A stretch of 61,842 nt of DNA, counting the filler, from Hausera hauseri (lineage: Eukaryota), in the NCBI GenBank assembly GCA_046269625.1. It is 10 parts of 10 records of this genome, joined end to end, with 100 filler letters (N's around TTAATTAATTAA, not from the genome) between each part and the next. Parts side by side here need not be neighbours in the genome. Positions count along the whole stretch, not along the records: positions 55,312 to 61,842 come from JBJURY010090654.1; 9 more parts are not named here. One strand, given 5' to 3'. Made by a program: the position numbers and the translations under genes. Below the pieces are notes generated by a model, which saw nothing but the letters and a program-made list of their open reading frames with translations, searched no databases and was not told the DNA's origin. The first letter of the stretch is position 1. Each line of letters opens with the position of its first letter. Positions 60,231 through 61,842 of the stretch are shown here, one piece after another.

Positions 60231-61842
60231 AGTCTGGGGTAAATATTTTACATTGCTTTAACATAGGGGTCAGATTTATTCAATGTTGCTCACTGCATTT
60301 TACAGTTATTGCATTTCATGTTTTGGGGGAGATTTTTTATAATACATGTTTTTGCATATTCTTCTGACTCAAATACAACTGGGTGGGGGGGGAATCAGAC
60401 CGACTACATCTTATCAAATGTTCTCAACAATTAAATAATTTCGACAACCGATTCTATCAAGTAACGTCGACGTCGTGTTCCATGATGCGAATTTGGGGGG
60501 TGGGGGTTAACCCTCTAAACACTTCCCTTGAGCATTCCATTGGTCGGTTACATGATCGCTGACAGTAATATTATTTGTAAATATTGCGTCATTGGCTGTT
60601 ATTGTGATTATTCTCGAGTTGTAACAAATCGATTTGTTGCATCTTTTTTTTCACCAAGGTTTTGGAAAATTTAGAGATACTCGTTTTTCTGTACAGGATA
60701 ATAACATTTATATTTTTGTTTTCAGTTGAAATCTGAATAACAATTATGGGCGTGTATATGCAACATTGTGAAGTATTATTACACACTAATACACTTTATT
60801 ATTACTATTGCTTAGTAATTTCTAACATTTTGAAAGAGCTATGTTCATTATTTGACGAATATCCTATTGTTCTTATAGTACCATCCTGCTGCTACGACTT
60901 CTGGTACGATGTTAATGTTACACCGAGATGAAATTATCCATATAGTAATTAATCGTCTGTTATCTCACACAAGTCACTCAAAAATAAATTCGTAACCTTT
61001 TAATCTTTTTTCCCTCAGGTTAAATTGCTCGGAAATGGAAGAAAAAGATAAAAAAAAGGGGCCGCATTCTATGAAATTAACAATTATTGTCATACGTGGG
61101 ATTCAAGAAACAGTGGCTTTTGGAGACACGTAATTTTGAAAATGGTATATCAGAATCAGAAAACAATGACCAAGTCTCTAATAATCAAACATACAAACAT
61201 TATCAGCATTTCTGGTACAACAACGATAAGAACTTCACTGACATCTCAATCAACTATTAGCCCATAAAATTATCTCTATCCTGCTATTCGTCAATCTCTT
61301 TATCGTTAACAAATGTTACTGCTCAATCAATAAAACAAATCCATTTTGATGATCACGATGCATTTTGGCCGCTCCCATCAGGAAAATCTGTGCCATAGGA
61401 AATAAAAAATTGCAAACTATTCGAAAATAACATATTGCATCCGATTTCAGTGCATTTAGAAAGACTTCATACATTGGGAAATGAAGTTTGGTTCATTTTC
61501 GACTCTCTCCAACAATCTATTCACAATAGAAATACAATTTGTAAACAACGTTTTAAGTTTCTGTCCCTGTATTGGAGTTATATACCGTTCATAAATCAAG
61601 GATAATATTAACAATCAGTCAAGCAATTTCGAGTATTAAAATGAATATGATTTAGCTTCATTTCTCGGTGACTACTTTGGAAGTTTTATTTACAACCAAC
61701 AAAGCGGAGATTACTGGGATCCGAAAGATCCTTGTTGTGTTCCCATGCAGCACAAACTTTATCAAAGGGGCTAATATAATATATATTTGGTTTTTAAAAA
61801 AATTGTATAAATATTCATCAGCTGAAGCAATATTTTTTGTAT

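Noticed and set aside
60400-61842. Possible multi-exon gene downstream of ERCC6L
   Set aside because: Splice-like signals exist, but no recognisable protein could be assembled.

Overview
This is not one locus. It is a pseudo-scaffold of 10 short contigs (4.6-8.3 kb) joined by artificial 100-nt linkers (44 N + TTAATTAATTAA + 44 N). The content is eukaryotic (animal) and mostly decayed mobile DNA. (A, 1-6894) Polinton/Maverick (adintovirus-like) relic: pPolB, dUTPase, exonuclease-like ORF, cupiennin-like core protein, integrase. (B, 6995-12193 +; C, 12294-20628 -) Two diverged, decayed copies of a Ty3/Gypsy retroelement that carries a chuvirus-type class III glycoprotein UPSTREAM of PR-RT-RH-IN, apparently within one polyprotein; its long N-terminal region includes a ubiquitin-like domain. 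This is the strongest candidate for an undescribed system. (D) A PHD-finger/MASK-type ankyrin chimera followed by a conventional Gypsy element. (E) An I-group LINE with RNase H and a tRNA-derived Nin-type SINE. (F) Teleost-like non-coding DNA with MITEs. (G) An intronless UBA6 pseudogene plus a pPolB scrap. (H) A pPolB scrap plus RING/zinc mini-genes. (I) A second, internally deleted Polinton with an in-frame capsid-protease fusion, ending in teleost-like DNA. (J) A steroid 5-alpha-reductase gene with tiny introns, head-to-head with an ERCC6L/PICH gene whose C-terminal helicase lobe is duplicated. Compact AT-rich genes mixed with teleost repeats suggest a fish-associated invertebrate or parasite assembly with host DNA (inference). 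All family calls come from motifs recognised by eye; no searches were run.
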